Positions 49,960-63,070 of a stretch of DNA of 64,000 nucleotides are shown one piece after another. The notes below the pieces were generated by a model. That model was given only the letters and a program-made list of their open reading frames with translations. It searched no databases and was not told the DNA's origin. Each line of letters starts with the position of its first letter. The first letter of the stretch is position 1. Source of the stretch: Lingula anatina (Eukaryota; Animalia; Brachiopoda); NCBI GenBank assembly GCA_051362555.1, contig CM120648.1:12582587-12646586 (forward strand). The letters run 5' to 3'. A program made the translations under genes and the position numbers.

Positions 49960-51741
49960 GCAGTCTTCGTTGCCATCAAAATTTGTTGAAATAGCGGGCA
50001 AAGCGGTGTGGGAACTGCCCGGTTATTTGTCTCAAATTTAAAAAATGGGAATTTAGACAGTGACCTAAAAAGTCAGCGGACACAAATGTTGGAAGCAGTA
50101 AAATGAATGTTAAAATTCTGGTTGACGCACTCTCCGAGTACCTGCCCCTGCTATGGCCCCCAGCCAACCTTGCAGGAAATGCTAGAATGCAAGTCCAGCT
50201 GTAAATCGTTAGTTTGTCTGAATGCATTGGGAGGGGGATTTTGTTTTGATTACAATAACACTTCATATGGTTCAGCGGTATTGTTACTTTTTAAAAATTA
50301 ACCAAAATTTTAGCTTGGGATTTTATTGAAAGCGATCTTTCATACTGCCACCTATCGTCAATATAAGCTCAACACGGCGCAGACGATGGAAAATGCTTTT
50401 ACCAAAATTATAGTTGCCAAAATTTTAGCAACAAGGTAGTAGATCTTAACCTGATATTAGTTTCAACGTTGTTAATATTTTGTGGCAATTCATGCACATT
50501 TTGGGGGTCAATTCAAGCTGTTACATCTTTTTCTAACCAGGTTCGTAGAATGTCTAAAATAATAAGAGGGAAGCAAAACCAGTGGCTGACAGTAACACTC
50601 AGTGACAGGGAAACTGGCATCCGAGACACCAATTGATGAATTAAAGTTTGCAGATTAATGTTTGCGAGTTGCTTTGACAGTACACATCACTTATTATTAT
50701 ATGTTATGGGTACCTTTTAGTTTTTTAAGAGGTACAGTATCTTTTCACTTTCAGTTCAAGATGATGCAGTGAAGCCAGCATGTTGCATGACCATTTTTTG
50801 CCAAAGATTTAAGAAGAGTAATCTCTAAATGAGTTATATCAGTGGTCACATCATATTCGTTCTGATTTGGCTCCTTGCTGTGCTCATAGGTAGGAAAAAC
50901 TTTTGTTGAATAAATCAGTTAATTCAATGATATTACATACATTATATTTTTCGCCACAACAACATTTAATGCACACAAATGTTTTCATAATTATAGATAT
51001 TGCAATGAAAATGAGTACACAAGTAGAAATTAATTTAGGTTGGATGATTACGGATTGGTTGATCCACTTCAATAATTATATTGAATTAAACTGTCATTAC
51101 TTTCTCATGAATGGCCTTGCTGTTTAAGAGTTGAGCTCTCTACTGAGTATCTCTCATCTGCTACAGCTGAAACATTGTTATTTTGTGATTTGAGAGAAAA
51201 TCTTCAGGATTCTAGCATCAAAGCACAATAAAATTACTTTTTATGGGAAGGGGGGGGGAGTCTTAAGTTTTTTTTTACAACCCTTTACCTCCCTTCTATT
51301 CCCCAGTGTATGGACTCATCACTTCCTTTAGTAGACGTGAAATGATCACCTCTCTTATTCTACACTCTCTGCCCCAGTTGATGGACACCTCACTATCCTT
51401 TAATTAGTAGACATGATTAACTGATCACCTCCCTGTTATAAGTTATAAACTCCCTGCTCCAGTGGATGGACTCATCACTATCCTTTAAGAAGTAAGGCTC
51501 TATTCCCATAGATTTTAGATCGATCTATCCCCGCGGGGAGTCTCACTAGATTACTTTCAGATAATCCGACTTAAATGTCCATCCCGCCTACTACAAGCTG
51601 TAAAGGGGGTAATTAACTTTCGTTTCGCACGGCTCACAGCTATTTAGCGTGAACCCCCAGGGAGTTAGGTTGATCTAAAGTAGGTTGATCTAATCTATGG
51701 AAATGGGGTGTAAGTTTTGCTCTTTTGGGAACCTTGAGGAT

Positions 51742-52002
51742 GTCATATACTGGCAAAGTACTGTGACCTTGAAATTGACCTTTGACCTACCTTACGTTGA
51801 CTTAACTTTGATTGTACCATTTTTAGTCATATATATTTTTGGCATATTTTGAAAATTCTTGTTGATTGCATTTTTACAGCTTGTCAAGCACAAAACTGGT
51901 GGCTGTGTCCCTTATTTTGTGTATGTGGGGGTCTATACGAATGCGCTTGCTCCAGCTGGTGGTACAATTTTCGGAGGCGGAATCGCCTCTCTGATCCTCT
52001 AG
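51742..52002 (+). mobile_element. HINE-A 3' fragment (a further 3'-end remnant at ~282-330)
   Basis: Near-identical to 21160-21420, including subTIR, hairpin and CTAG. Confidence 0.88.
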
Positions 52003-52172
52003 TTTTTTAAGGTATTTCACAAGTGCCTGATTTTACAGACATGCTGAAAAATTCAGACCTGCAGTTATGAAAAATTAGCCAGACTGAAGGACATTAAGTT
52101 GGGGTGACTGTAAATTGTCTGTAAATTATGTTTTTTATACTGCATTTATAAACACTTAACATGTCTTTCAAT

Positions 52173-52434
52173 GGCAATTCAGAATGGATGATACAAGTAC
52201 TTACTGAGTCGCCGACTAAATATGGTTGACCATAGTTCAAAAGCGATGCCGCCAATTTTTGATAGTCTCACGCCTCCACATGCACGCATGGTCGTTTGAG
52301 CAGATATTCAATCCATTTAAAGTCATGCGGAGTATGAGAGACCATCAAGAACCAATGGCATCACTTTTGAACTTTGGTCGGCCGTATTTAGTTGGCGGAT
52401 CAGTAAGCACTCAGATCATCCATTCTGATTGGGG
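52173..52434. mobile_element. MITE with ~70-bp inverted repeats
   Basis: cagaatggatgat..aaaagcgatgcc matches reverse complement of ggcatcactttt..atcatccattctg. Confidence 0.8.
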
Positions 52435-52455
52435 CCCAATAATTTTTACTTCCAG

Positions 52456-52626
52456 TTCCGCCGTAAGTCAACAGAGGGCGTTAACATGGGCATGTTCATC
52501 CTGATTGTGAGCGGCAACCTGCCCTATAGCAGCAGCATAATTAAGAAGTCCACGGAGGAGGTGTTTATACTCCAACACTTACCCTGGATAGTAGGAAGCT
52601 ATGGCATGATTCTCATTGATATCATT
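52456..52626 (+). CDS. PQLC2: PQ-loop lysosomal amino-acid transporter (PQLC2/LAAT1/SLC66A1-like), penultimate exon
   Basis: FRRKSTEGV..GNLPY..HLPWIVGS matches the second PQ-loop repeat of PQLC2; tccag| acceptor. Confidence 0.85.
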
Positions 52627-53592
52627 GTATCCTTGGAGTGATATTGTTTTATAATTGATGTTAGTAAGAACATTTCCATGCCCTTTACTGTATGATCTAT
52701 TTAACTGTGAAGGGTGGGGGCCAAAGGGATCTTGCAACTTTTTTGTTATTGATATTATTTTAAGGGATTCTTTTTGCATGATTCATATTTTCAAATCTAA
52801 ACTTTCTCTTTCTTTTCAGTTCTCAATGTCAAACAGAATAATTTGCACTTTTAAACTCGTTTCAGGTCAAGCATTCAGTCATTGTTGATCTCCCCCCATC
52901 AAAGGCAGTATTCAGAACAGATGATTTGCAGGCAAACTGGGGCCCATTTCATGAAGCAGTAGTTAGTTGGAGATTGGTAGTTAGCCTCTCGCTAGTTATG
53001 AGAGCCGTTTCACGAAGCTATCACTAGTTCTCTTGCTCGTTATTGTGTCGTTGTTACCATGGATATTTAACGACTGGTCAGACCAGCTGCCGGAAATTGA
53101 AGAGTTAGTGCTTTCGCGACACTTTTCTGCAAGAGTTCCACTTCCGGTAAACTGTTTAGAGACTACGGTGAATAACGAGAGAACTAACGACCGAACTTTA
53201 CAACTGAACTTAGCGATGAGTAAACGACTGCTTCGTGAAACACCCCTAAAGTTTTCTCGTTAGCGAGATAGTTCAGTAGTTAGTTATTCTTACAAACTAC
53301 TGCTTCGTGAAACGGGCCCCTGGTCTGCAGATCAAATATGGTAGACCCCACTTGAAAGCAATACTGCTAATCCCCTTATGGTCTCACCGCCTACCCAGCT
53401 CTGCAGGGGCCTAGTAATTAAACTCCTAGGTTTGATTATTAGGACGACAAGAGTGGGAGTTAAGGGATTTGGCGGCATTGCTTTTAAAGGGGTTGGCCCT
53501 ATTTGATCCCCATATCAGGAGGTCCACTGATGAACTTGTTCTGAAAACGCCCGTTGTTCAGTTTCCACATCTTTCCTTGATTATGTCCTCAG
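52627..53592 (+). other. U12-type (minor spliceosome) GT-AG intron
   Basis: Donor GTATCCTT; branch point TTCCTTGAT about 10 nt before AG. Confidence 0.85.
52940..53319. mobile_element. Harbinger-like MITE (TSD CTG) inside the U12 intron
   Basis: ctg|gggcccatttcatgaagcagtagtt...aactactgcttcgtgaaacgggccc|ctg. Confidence 0.88.
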
Positions 53593-53718
53593 ACATTCTC
53601 TCAGTTTTACTATTACCGTGGCAACAAGGCAATACACCTGGATGAAAACACTGAGGATTATGAGAATGAATCAGAGAAACCTTTATTGGATGAAGATGAG
53701 CATAGTGTGGAATACTGA
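53593..53718 (+). CDS. PQLC2: PQLC2-like terminal exon (TFSQFYYYR...ESEKPLL...*)
   Basis: In phase with the previous exon; QFYYY TM7 end; acidic dileucine-like tail. Confidence 0.82.
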   Translation, partial: TFSQFYYYRGNKAIHLDENTEDYENESEKPLLDEDEHSVEY

Positions 53719-55184
53719 TATTATTTTGGTGCTAAAAGTTTTGGTTTTAGGTCTTAGAAGTATGAAATTAGCAGTATTTCATCAAAAGAAAAACATGGAC
53801 TGGAAATTTAAAATTGTACTCATTGCTTTATTAATCTTTATGTACAGCTGCCATATAATTGTGATATTCAAACCTTTTATTAGATTAATTTCTTTTCATT
53901 CATTTATATGATAAAGTAGGGTTTAATGTAAATGATGCTGAAATCTGGCTTAAAGGTCTTTAAGAGACGATCGTAATTCTAGACTGAAAGCTGTTTATTT
54001 TTCTGAAGCACTTTAAAATGTCATACAAACTGGGTGTTTTAGAGTCATTAAAATTATGTATGACTGATGCTTTACATCCCAGTGGAGCTCTATTTCTCAT
54101 TGAATTTGAACAAAATTAGATGATATTAGTGATAAACAGGCATTCGTAACTTAGGTGATTTTAATGTTTGACATTCCATTCTACTATGCACGGATGCAAA
54201 AGTTAATTAAAAAAAAAATTTTTTTTTTGGGGGGGGGGGTGCTGAGAATGTTATGTATGGTAGTCAAGTTGATATTCTATTAAACTTGAAAAATATTTGT
54301 GTTCAGAAAACCGCAAACACTGTCAATCCTTTTTTTTCAAAGATTTCTCCCTTAGTTCAACTACAAATAGTTTATTATGGGAAAGGAAATCTTTGCTATA
54401 CAGCAGTGAACTGCCTTAAATTATTGGAATGAGCATGATATTCATAGACCTATGGTAAATACTTCCAGAATTCAAACAAAATGGACATTTTTTCCAAAAA
54501 GTTGTTTTTTAAATAATACTCCAATACACAGATTCCTCCATGTTTCTTGGATTCCAGTTAGAGTATACTTTTTGTGGGCAGTTAAAAAAATGGAGTAAAT
54601 AATTGTTTGAATTTAAGAAGTTATTACTATGCCTTTGATATTGTACCTTTTCAGAACAAACAAACAAACATAGTGCAATAACAATTTATTTCAGTCGGAG
54701 GGGGCTGGAAAAAAGGCATGTTTATAAAATAATTTTATTTTTTGGTATAGGTTTACTTACTATTGGAAAAAGAAAGAGATAAAACAGGAAGCATTTCAAG
54801 TTCAAAAAGTTATTTTTTAAGTCCTGTTTATTCTTATGGTAAAATCTGAAGGTGCTTGCTTGTGTTCACTGTAACTGTGTTAAAAATATTGAATACTATT
54901 TTAATGGGGAACATTTTAGGTGGCCTAAAATGAGGAAAAGTAGGGGAAAAAAGAATTTGTCAGGCAATACAATGTAGGTGGAGAACCAAGGGCAGCTGCA
55001 CTTGAAACTCTTACAAGTAGTAGAAGATGAAATATAATTTATACATAGATGCCGATCATAGTATTTACTGCTTTAAAAAGTTGTATATGCTATGGTTATG
55101 TTGACAAAGTAATCAACAGTTGACAAATAAACAATAGAGTTTTAGTCTAATCTGGCTGAAATGTCTTGATGTAGCAGTATTTTA

Positions 55185-55650
55185 CCCTCTACCAGGGTGA
55201 CTGATAAATTTTTACAGATATTCACAGATCTGTCTCTAGCTAGATAGATGGTCATTTTGGGCTAAAGTCACCCTGTTGAGAAATCCCATGTGGAAACAAT
55301 TATCTCTGTGCGCGCGCCAAAGGCTTTGTACTCGCTCTGCATGAGCTGAGCTTCACAACAATGTGATAACTGCTCATTACGCAACCAGTCTAAGGCTTTT
55401 TATCTGTCACAGAAGAGCAAGTGATTAAAGTCAGAGCAATATTAAAACTGTCTTGATTGCTGTCACGCAGACTAAGACTGGACCTGCTTAGTGGCAGTGC
55501 CTGAGCAGTTATGCAGACAATTACCAGGCATGTAATCAGCCTTGAGATTTCTCAACAGGGTGACTCTAGCCCAAAATGACCATCTATCTAGCTAGAGACA
55601 TATCTGTGAATATGGATCTGTAAAAATCTATCAGTCACCCCGGTAGAGGG
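55185..55650. mobile_element. MITE with ~100-bp TIRs, TA flanks
   Basis: ta|ccctctacc..gagaaatc ... gatttctc..ggtagaggg|ta. Confidence 0.85.
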
Positions 55651-55989
55651 TAAGCACTATTTCATCTCTGACAATTCACATACATCAGCTGTCAGAAAGA
55701 GTTACTGTATATTTGTATCCAGTGTGGGATGGATCTGCCACCTCAGACCATGTCATAGAAATAAAGAAATTGTGGTGGTAAACTGCAAGCAAGTTACACA
55801 TGCTACAATTCACTTCTTAATGTTTAAAAGCTGTTAGTATTTTATCTTAATTTTGTGATTAAGTTGTCTTCCCTTGAACTCAAATAACATGAACATATAC
55901 CAATGAATGCTTTAACATTGCTTTGCTGAATGTATAAGTATATATATCACAGTAAGTTTATTCATGTCAGATCACCTATAGATCTTTAA

Positions 55990-56128
55990 GGAGTAAATAA
56001 GTTATAATACTGATGCATCTATGAAGATCTATGAAGTCATTTTTTTCAAATGTCTATTTTTTTTTCAAAATCCCTGAAGAAGGCCTAGTAGATCTTCATA
56101 GATGCATCAGTCTTATACCCTATTTACT
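55990..56128. repeat. Short inverted repeat (MITE remnant)
   Basis: actgatgcatctatgaagatct / agatcttcatagatgcatcagt. Confidence 0.7.
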
Positions 56129-57699
56129 GTAAGTTTATAACTTGCTTGCTACATACAAGTAGTAGCAGATACGTATACCCGAGGCTATAGTTTTGATTTA
56201 TGGTGTAATTATTGCAATTTTGACATCATCAGCATTAAATGTATGTCACTAAAACATGTCGACCATTCTTCATTTGTCCTATAAAAATGAATACAAAACA
56301 ATGATAAGGTGAAATGACACAGTCGTGGAACTGTGCTTTGGTCTCTCTGGGATGTTCCCCATTTCCACTCCAAGTAATAAGGCAAGGCGATGTTAATGTT
56401 TTTGGTTTTCCAGTACATATAGATCTATAGCACTAAACCAGCATTTAAATTATTAGGTTATTTTATATCACTAATCCTTCACACATTAGTTTAAAAACAT
56501 TTAAATGCCAAACTGATTAATATGCAGGGTTTTCATAAATGCACAGTATTTGTCAGTATAGGGATTTTGTTGTTATTATTAATTAGTTACTATAGTACTT
56601 ATTTTATTATAGTTATCATCTGTTTTTTCTTATGAAATTTGCTGCTGAAATTTTAGCACTCTTTATGAGCATGAAGTGACATGCTATTGTTAATATTATT
56701 ATTTTGATTTTTAATTCTTATTGTATTATGGGTGCAGTTACATGTTATTATTATTATTAACAATACCATACAAGTGAGTTGCCCTTAAAGGGAGGTTTTC
56801 AAATTAACTGGGGGTTAAGTTGTTCAAGAAGCCAAGTCCAATCATGTTTTGAAAATAAGTTTATTAGGAGACTATGTGAAGTGAATAAATATACTAGTAT
56901 TTTGCTGGATTGCTAGTAATTTAAAGATGTATTTTTGTCTAAGAAGGAAGTAATTTTTCTTCAGTAAGGAGCTAATATTGAAATTTTTATCTCCAATATT
57001 TCAATGTCTGTCTAGAGCATCTTCATGAGGGAACGAGGTCACTCATACAACTTTTATTCTACATTTTACATTGTGACTTCTATGTCATACAATACTAACT
57101 AGTATGTGATTTCAAGATAATCTTTATTTCTAAGAACTTCCCATTCTCTCTCTCAGTCTCAGAGTTTTATTTGAAGCCATTTTTATAAACAAAAAGAGAC
57201 ATGATGAAGGAACTATGACATATTATATGTAAATACAGTGTTCATTTAATATACCGATGGAATGTACACAAATCTATTCAAGAACACAATTTCTTGGTTG
57301 AGATAATGGTGCAGTACACTTGGAACCATACATTTGCATTCATTTAAACACATTGTACAACTAGAAGAAAATAAATCCACACCAGTCTCACAGATAAGAA
57401 AAAACTCTTACCAAGTGAAAGTTTTACAAAAAAAGTCACAGAAGTGATGCTTGGTCTATACCAGTACATAAACAGTAGAAAACATTTTTTATTTAAAAAA
57501 TTGCTCAAGGTAGACGCGGAGAGAAACAAGTGGTCACAAAACTAGCTAAACAAATGAATATGCTTATCACTGCCATTTTTGTTTGCAGCCATTTTGAACT
57601 CCAATATGACTAAAAAAAAAAAAAAGTGCAAAGAATTCTTCCCACACTCCCCTATCATAGGTGAAATTATTATTATGAGGAAAAAGATTTCAAGTAATA

Positions 57700-58770
57700 T
57701 GCAGAAGGCAAAAGTAGTGAGCAAGGGAGGGTGTGGGGCAACCAGTGGGGAGTTAATCTATCAAGGTACATCGATTTGGATGTCCCTTTTCTGAGAGTAG
57801 AGGTTCTCCTGCCCAAGGTTTCTGCCATAGAGTGGAAATTTATCAAGCCACAACATGAAAGTGTCTGTAGGTCGTACTGTATCATCTACTAAAATAACAC
57901 CATGATGTTTTCTTGTAAATTACAAAATGATAATAATAATGTATAAATAAAAGATCACAGTCATGGTCACTAAGGGAGTAATTCTGAAAAAAGAAGTCTC
58001 ATAAAAGGCAAGGTGGTGGACAAGGGAACTGCCCTGGGATGCTGCGGCACACAGTGTAGAGTTAACTTCTCAAGATACACTGATATGGACGTCCCTTATC
58101 TAAGGGTGGAGATTCTCCTGCCCAAGGGCTCCACCATTGAGTGGAAATTTATCAATGCAGAAAATAGAACTGTCAGTCTTATTCACTAAATTAACTCAAT
58201 AATGATCCCAGGAGAAAAGGCTTTGTTGTAAATTGCAAAGCAATATGATAATGAAAAAATAATAAAAGATAACAGCCATGGCCACAGAAAATGGTTTTAA
58301 AAAATAGCCTAGTAAAATACAGTGGTGGACCATGGAACTGCCCAGGGATGCTGAGAAACACAGCCATGGTACACTGATATGAACGTTCCTTATCTAAGGG
58401 TAGAGATTCTTCTGCCAAAGGGCTCCACCATAGAGTGGAAATTATTATCAATGCAGAAAATGGATTAGCCAGTCTTATTCACTAAAATAACTCAATAATG
58501 ATCCTAGATTAAAAAGACTTTCTTATAATTTGCAAAGCAATATGAAAATGAAAAATTAATAAAAGATAACAGCCATGGCCACAGAAAATGATTTAAAAAA
58601 ACCAGCCCTGTAAAATGCAAGGTTGTGGACCATGGAACTGCCCAGGGATTCTGAGGAACACAGCGTAGAGTTAACTTCTCAAGATACACTGATAAGGACA
58701 TCCTTATCTAAGGGTGGAGATTCTTCTGCCCAAGGGCTCAACCATAGGGTGGAAATTAATCAATGCAGAA
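57700..58770. repeat. ~305-bp degenerate tandem repeat (3-4 copies) related to the 112-bp array
   Basis: ggaactgccc at 58025, 58335, 58634; ccaagggctccacca..gagtgg. Confidence 0.8.
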
Positions 58771-59244
58771 AAAAAAAGAAGTGTCAGTTTCAAAAAACCA
58801 TAAAATGTGAAAGTCTATACTTAACCCAAAAAGTGGGTATTGGTAATTATTACTTTGCATGTCATGCTTTATTTGGAATGCATGTGCAATGTTTTAATTT
58901 GATATGTATAAGCATGGTAGCCGTCAGGTTGCATGTCAATTATCATATGTAAATAAAAATCAATCATAAAAGACAAGGCAGAGTCTCACAAGATAGACAT
59001 AGGTAGAGGGACAGATACACTGATACTTGCAGAGACCTGAATCTTGTACTAAACTGTACAATTGTAGCAAACCATCACCTGGATAATTGGTGAAAGTAAT
59101 CCTTAATATAAGGAAAACATCTTAAAGGCAAAAGTAGTGGGCAGGGGAACTGTCCTTGGAGGCCAGGACACATAGTGGAGCAACCACTTCCTCAATGCAG
59201 ACCTACTCTTACCCAAGGGATCCACATTTGAGTGGCGGTACAAT

Positions 59245-59761
59245 CCCAGATAGCATGCATACGTTGGGCCAACGTTGGGGAATGGTTGGTTTGTTGGCAC
59301 ATAGTTGGCGTTGGCAATATTACGTTGGCCCAACGTTGGCCCAACTACATCATTATATGCATAATGTAACTGCAATATGTACACGTTGGCCCAACGTTGG
59401 CCCAACCACATCATTTTATGAAATAACGTAACTGCAATATGCACACGTTGGGCCAACGTTGGGCCAACGTAGTCAACGTATGCAATTAACAACCCAATAG
59501 TTAATTTGAAAGTGTTTCTGTTCACAACTGAGAAGCACATATACCTATCTTTTGATCATATACATAGTGTTATTAGGCTTAAAAGAAAAATATAATTTTT
59601 TTTTCATTATGAGTTTAATTTCCTTGAGTTAAAATCAGTTTTCTGCTTTAATTTATCCTCCAAGCAATAAACATTCATATATAGTACTACTACAAGTACT
59701 TCACCTATATAAAGAACTGAATGAAAAAAAATATTTTTCCAATAATGCTGCGAAAACATTA

Positions 59762-59799
<38 letters not shown>

Positions 59800-62105
59800 G
59801 AAATCAGACAATTGATTTATACATTGTATATATGATATATAAATTGTAAACCTCATAGTTAGCATCAATTTAAGCTGGACTTGTGATTAAAATAAACTGG
59901 TAACTTTCAATAGACCAAATTCATTTCAAGCCAGGTGTTTATCTTAACTGTCAGTTTGACATAAACTGTTTGCCTACAGCATGCTCAATCAGGTCAGTTT
60001 AAGCGCGCAACGGTTAAGCCATTTCAAACATCCAAGCCAGAGGGTCAAGAATGTTCTATAAGGAAGAGACTGAAAACATTGATTTCTGGATTAAAAAAGA
60101 ATACATCTTTTGGAAACTAGAAAGAAAATGAAGAGATAAAGAGACAGGATAAGAAGTGAGCATGTAAGTGTCTTTCAATTTTGTATTTCTCCATATAATT
60201 TACTGATGCACCAGGATCCATACAGCCTTGAACAGTATTCAAATTTAGTCCAGCACTTTGATTTTTGTTTGTGACTTTGAAAAGTACTTGCATTGCTATT
60301 AGGTTTGAAAAGGGTTTGTATTTCACCATTTTTGCCCTTGGTAAAATATTACTTCAAGCTTGACATATATACAGACAATAATTCACAGATGGGGATAATA
60401 CCTTTCCCTGAAAATTACTTGAATTAGAGCCTTAATGTCTGTATGAATCCTTGCCAGTGAATTCTGTGATAGAGTTGTTGGTAGTACTAAATAATATAGT
60501 ATTCAGTTGTACAGTACAGTTGTATGAGATTTTGAACCCTTTAAAACTGAATCCATGGTCAAGTGTACATGGAAGAACTACTAGTAATTTTGCTATAAAT
60601 TACTGCACACACAGACACTCACTTGTAAAAGTTAAAGATATTAGCTTTTGCCTAACTTAGAGAACATGGGGAGATTATCATATTATATTATAATACACAA
60701 CTACTAGTATGTATATGAACAAAGTGATGTGGGAAGAGCATGTAAAAATGTTATGCATATGATACATATGCATAATAATTCCAGCATTATATTTCAAGTT
60801 AAATTTTTTATATTTAAATTTGTAGATGCAGCACACTCTTTTGTGACTGTTCAGAAAAAGATGTTGAAGATACACCTAACTAATCGTGCTTTGCCAAAGA
60901 TCATGCAGGCGCAGGACACTGGAAAGATCGAGAGAGAAAAAATGAAGATTGCATTCATATGACCACTGATTTTATTTGAAGAGACAATGTCTGAGATTTT
61001 GCCTGAAGAAAGAGACTTTATGTGATTTTATAGACTTACTAGTAACTTATCTACTTAATGACAGTTCTTTTGAATTTTAAACACCTTGCCTGATATTAAT
61101 CAAGGGTTTCTGGATTCAAATTTAATTTAATGAAGATTTTTTAAAAATAATCGTGAATCTTGGATTGGGTGAAAAATACCATAATAGTGAAAAAAACTGC
61201 CTTGACTCCAGGAATAAGGTGGGAAGTTCTTTCACAGGACTGGTAATAATTTTCTTGACATGAATCATTAAACAATTCATATAAAATACATTTATGATTG
61301 TTTAAATTTAATATTATAATATTTTTATAAAAAAAGTTTCTTTGAGATGTCTTTTTGTATTATTTTCCCATTCACATCACATTATATAGTTGGTTGAAGG
61401 TATTGTTCAGTGTAATGTTATGAATTAATTAAACAGTTTAAAATATATCACTAATCTTTTTGTTTCTACTGCAACACAGGCAGATCAAGTCCTCTGAAGA
61501 ATTCATCCATTAATTACCTTGCTAATTTTTCAGTTATACCTTGCAGTCTGCAGATTTCAGATGCTTAAGATATTTCATCAGGACATTGATCTGCCTGTGC
61601 ATCAGACATGTTATTACAGTGCCCTACTATGTACTGTATGTGATTCTGGATAAAATTATTTTGCCATTGGTTCAATGATGTAAATCACTGTGCCCCTGGT
61701 TTTAGGTTGGGTCATTAATCATTGTGCAAATTGCAGATACCAGTTGGCCTACCGTTGGCCCAATGTTAATGCAATGTTGGTTTGAGGTTGGGTAATCGTT
61801 GGGTCGATGTTGGTTATTAGTAGAACCAACGTAAATACACTGTTGGTTACAGGTTGGATAATTGTTGGGCCAACGTTGAATATTAGTTGGCCCAATGTAG
61901 GGCCAACGTAGTTTGGTTGGGAATATGTTGGCAATGCGTTAGCATTGATATTGACCAACGTTGGGCCAACGTTGGCCAAATACGTTCAGCCAACCGTTGG
62001 CCAAAGTGAGCACTTAGATGGAAACCCAACGTTGGGCCAACGTATGCATGGTCAACCAAGGCAACGTTGGGCCAACGTTGGCCCAACGTTTGCATGCTAT
62101 CTGGG
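59245..62105. mobile_element. Non-autonomous CCC-ended EnSpm/CACTA-like element, 2-bp TSD (AT)
   Basis: cccagatagcatgca...tgcatgctatctggg; many subterminal acgttgggccaacgt palindromes; splits a 112-bp unit duplicating AT. Confidence 0.82.
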
Positions 62106-63070
62106 ATGGCTGTGGGCAGGGGAACTGTCCTTGGAAGCTGCGACACAGTGAGACAACCACATCCTCAATGCAGACCTACTCTCACCTAAGGGATCCGCAT
62201 TTGAGTGGCGGTACAATGGCTGTGGGCAGGTGAACTGTCCTTGGAAGATGGGACACACAGTGAGACAACCACATCCTCAATGCAGACCTACTCTCACCTA
62301 AGGGATCAGCATTTGAGTGGAGGTACAATGGCTGTGGGCAGGTGAACTGTCCTTGAAAGCTGGGATACACAGTGAGACAACCACCTCCTCAATGCAGACC
62401 TACTCTTACCCAAGGGATCCACATTTGAGTGGAGGTACAATGGCTGTAGGCAGGGGAACTGTCCTTGGAAGCTGCGACACACAGTGAGACAACCACATCC
62501 TCAATGCAGACCTACTCTCACATAAGGGATCCGCATTTGAGTGGCGGTACAATGGCATGGGCAGGTGAACTGTCCTTGGAAGATGGGACACACAGTGAGA
62601 CAACCACATCCTCAATGCAGACCTACTCTCACCTAAGGGATCAGCATTTGAGTGGAGGTACAATGGCTGTGGGCAGGTGAACTGTCCTTGGAAGCTGGGA
62701 TACACAGTGAGACAACCACCTCCCAATGCAGACCTACTCTTACCTAAGGGATCAACATTTGAGTGGAGGTACAATTGGCTGTGGGCAGGGGAACTGTCCT
62801 TGGAAGATGGGACACACAGTGAGACAACCACCTCCTCAATGAGGACCTACTCTTACCCAAGGGATCCACACATGAATGGTGGTACAATGGCTGTGGGCAG
62901 GGGAACTGTCCTTGGAAGATGGGACACACAGTGAGACAACCACCTCCTCAATGCAGACCTACTCTTACCCAAGGGATCCACATCTGAGTGGCGGTACAAT
63001 GGCTGTGGGCAGGGGAACTGTCCTTGGAGTCTGGGACACACAGTGGGACAACCACCTTCCCAATGCAGAA
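62106..63070. repeat. ~112-bp tandem array (~9 copies; first copy at 59137-59244 before the transposon)
   Basis: gtgggcaggggaactgtccttgga..caatgcagacctactctt..gagtggcggtacaatggct. Confidence 0.95.
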
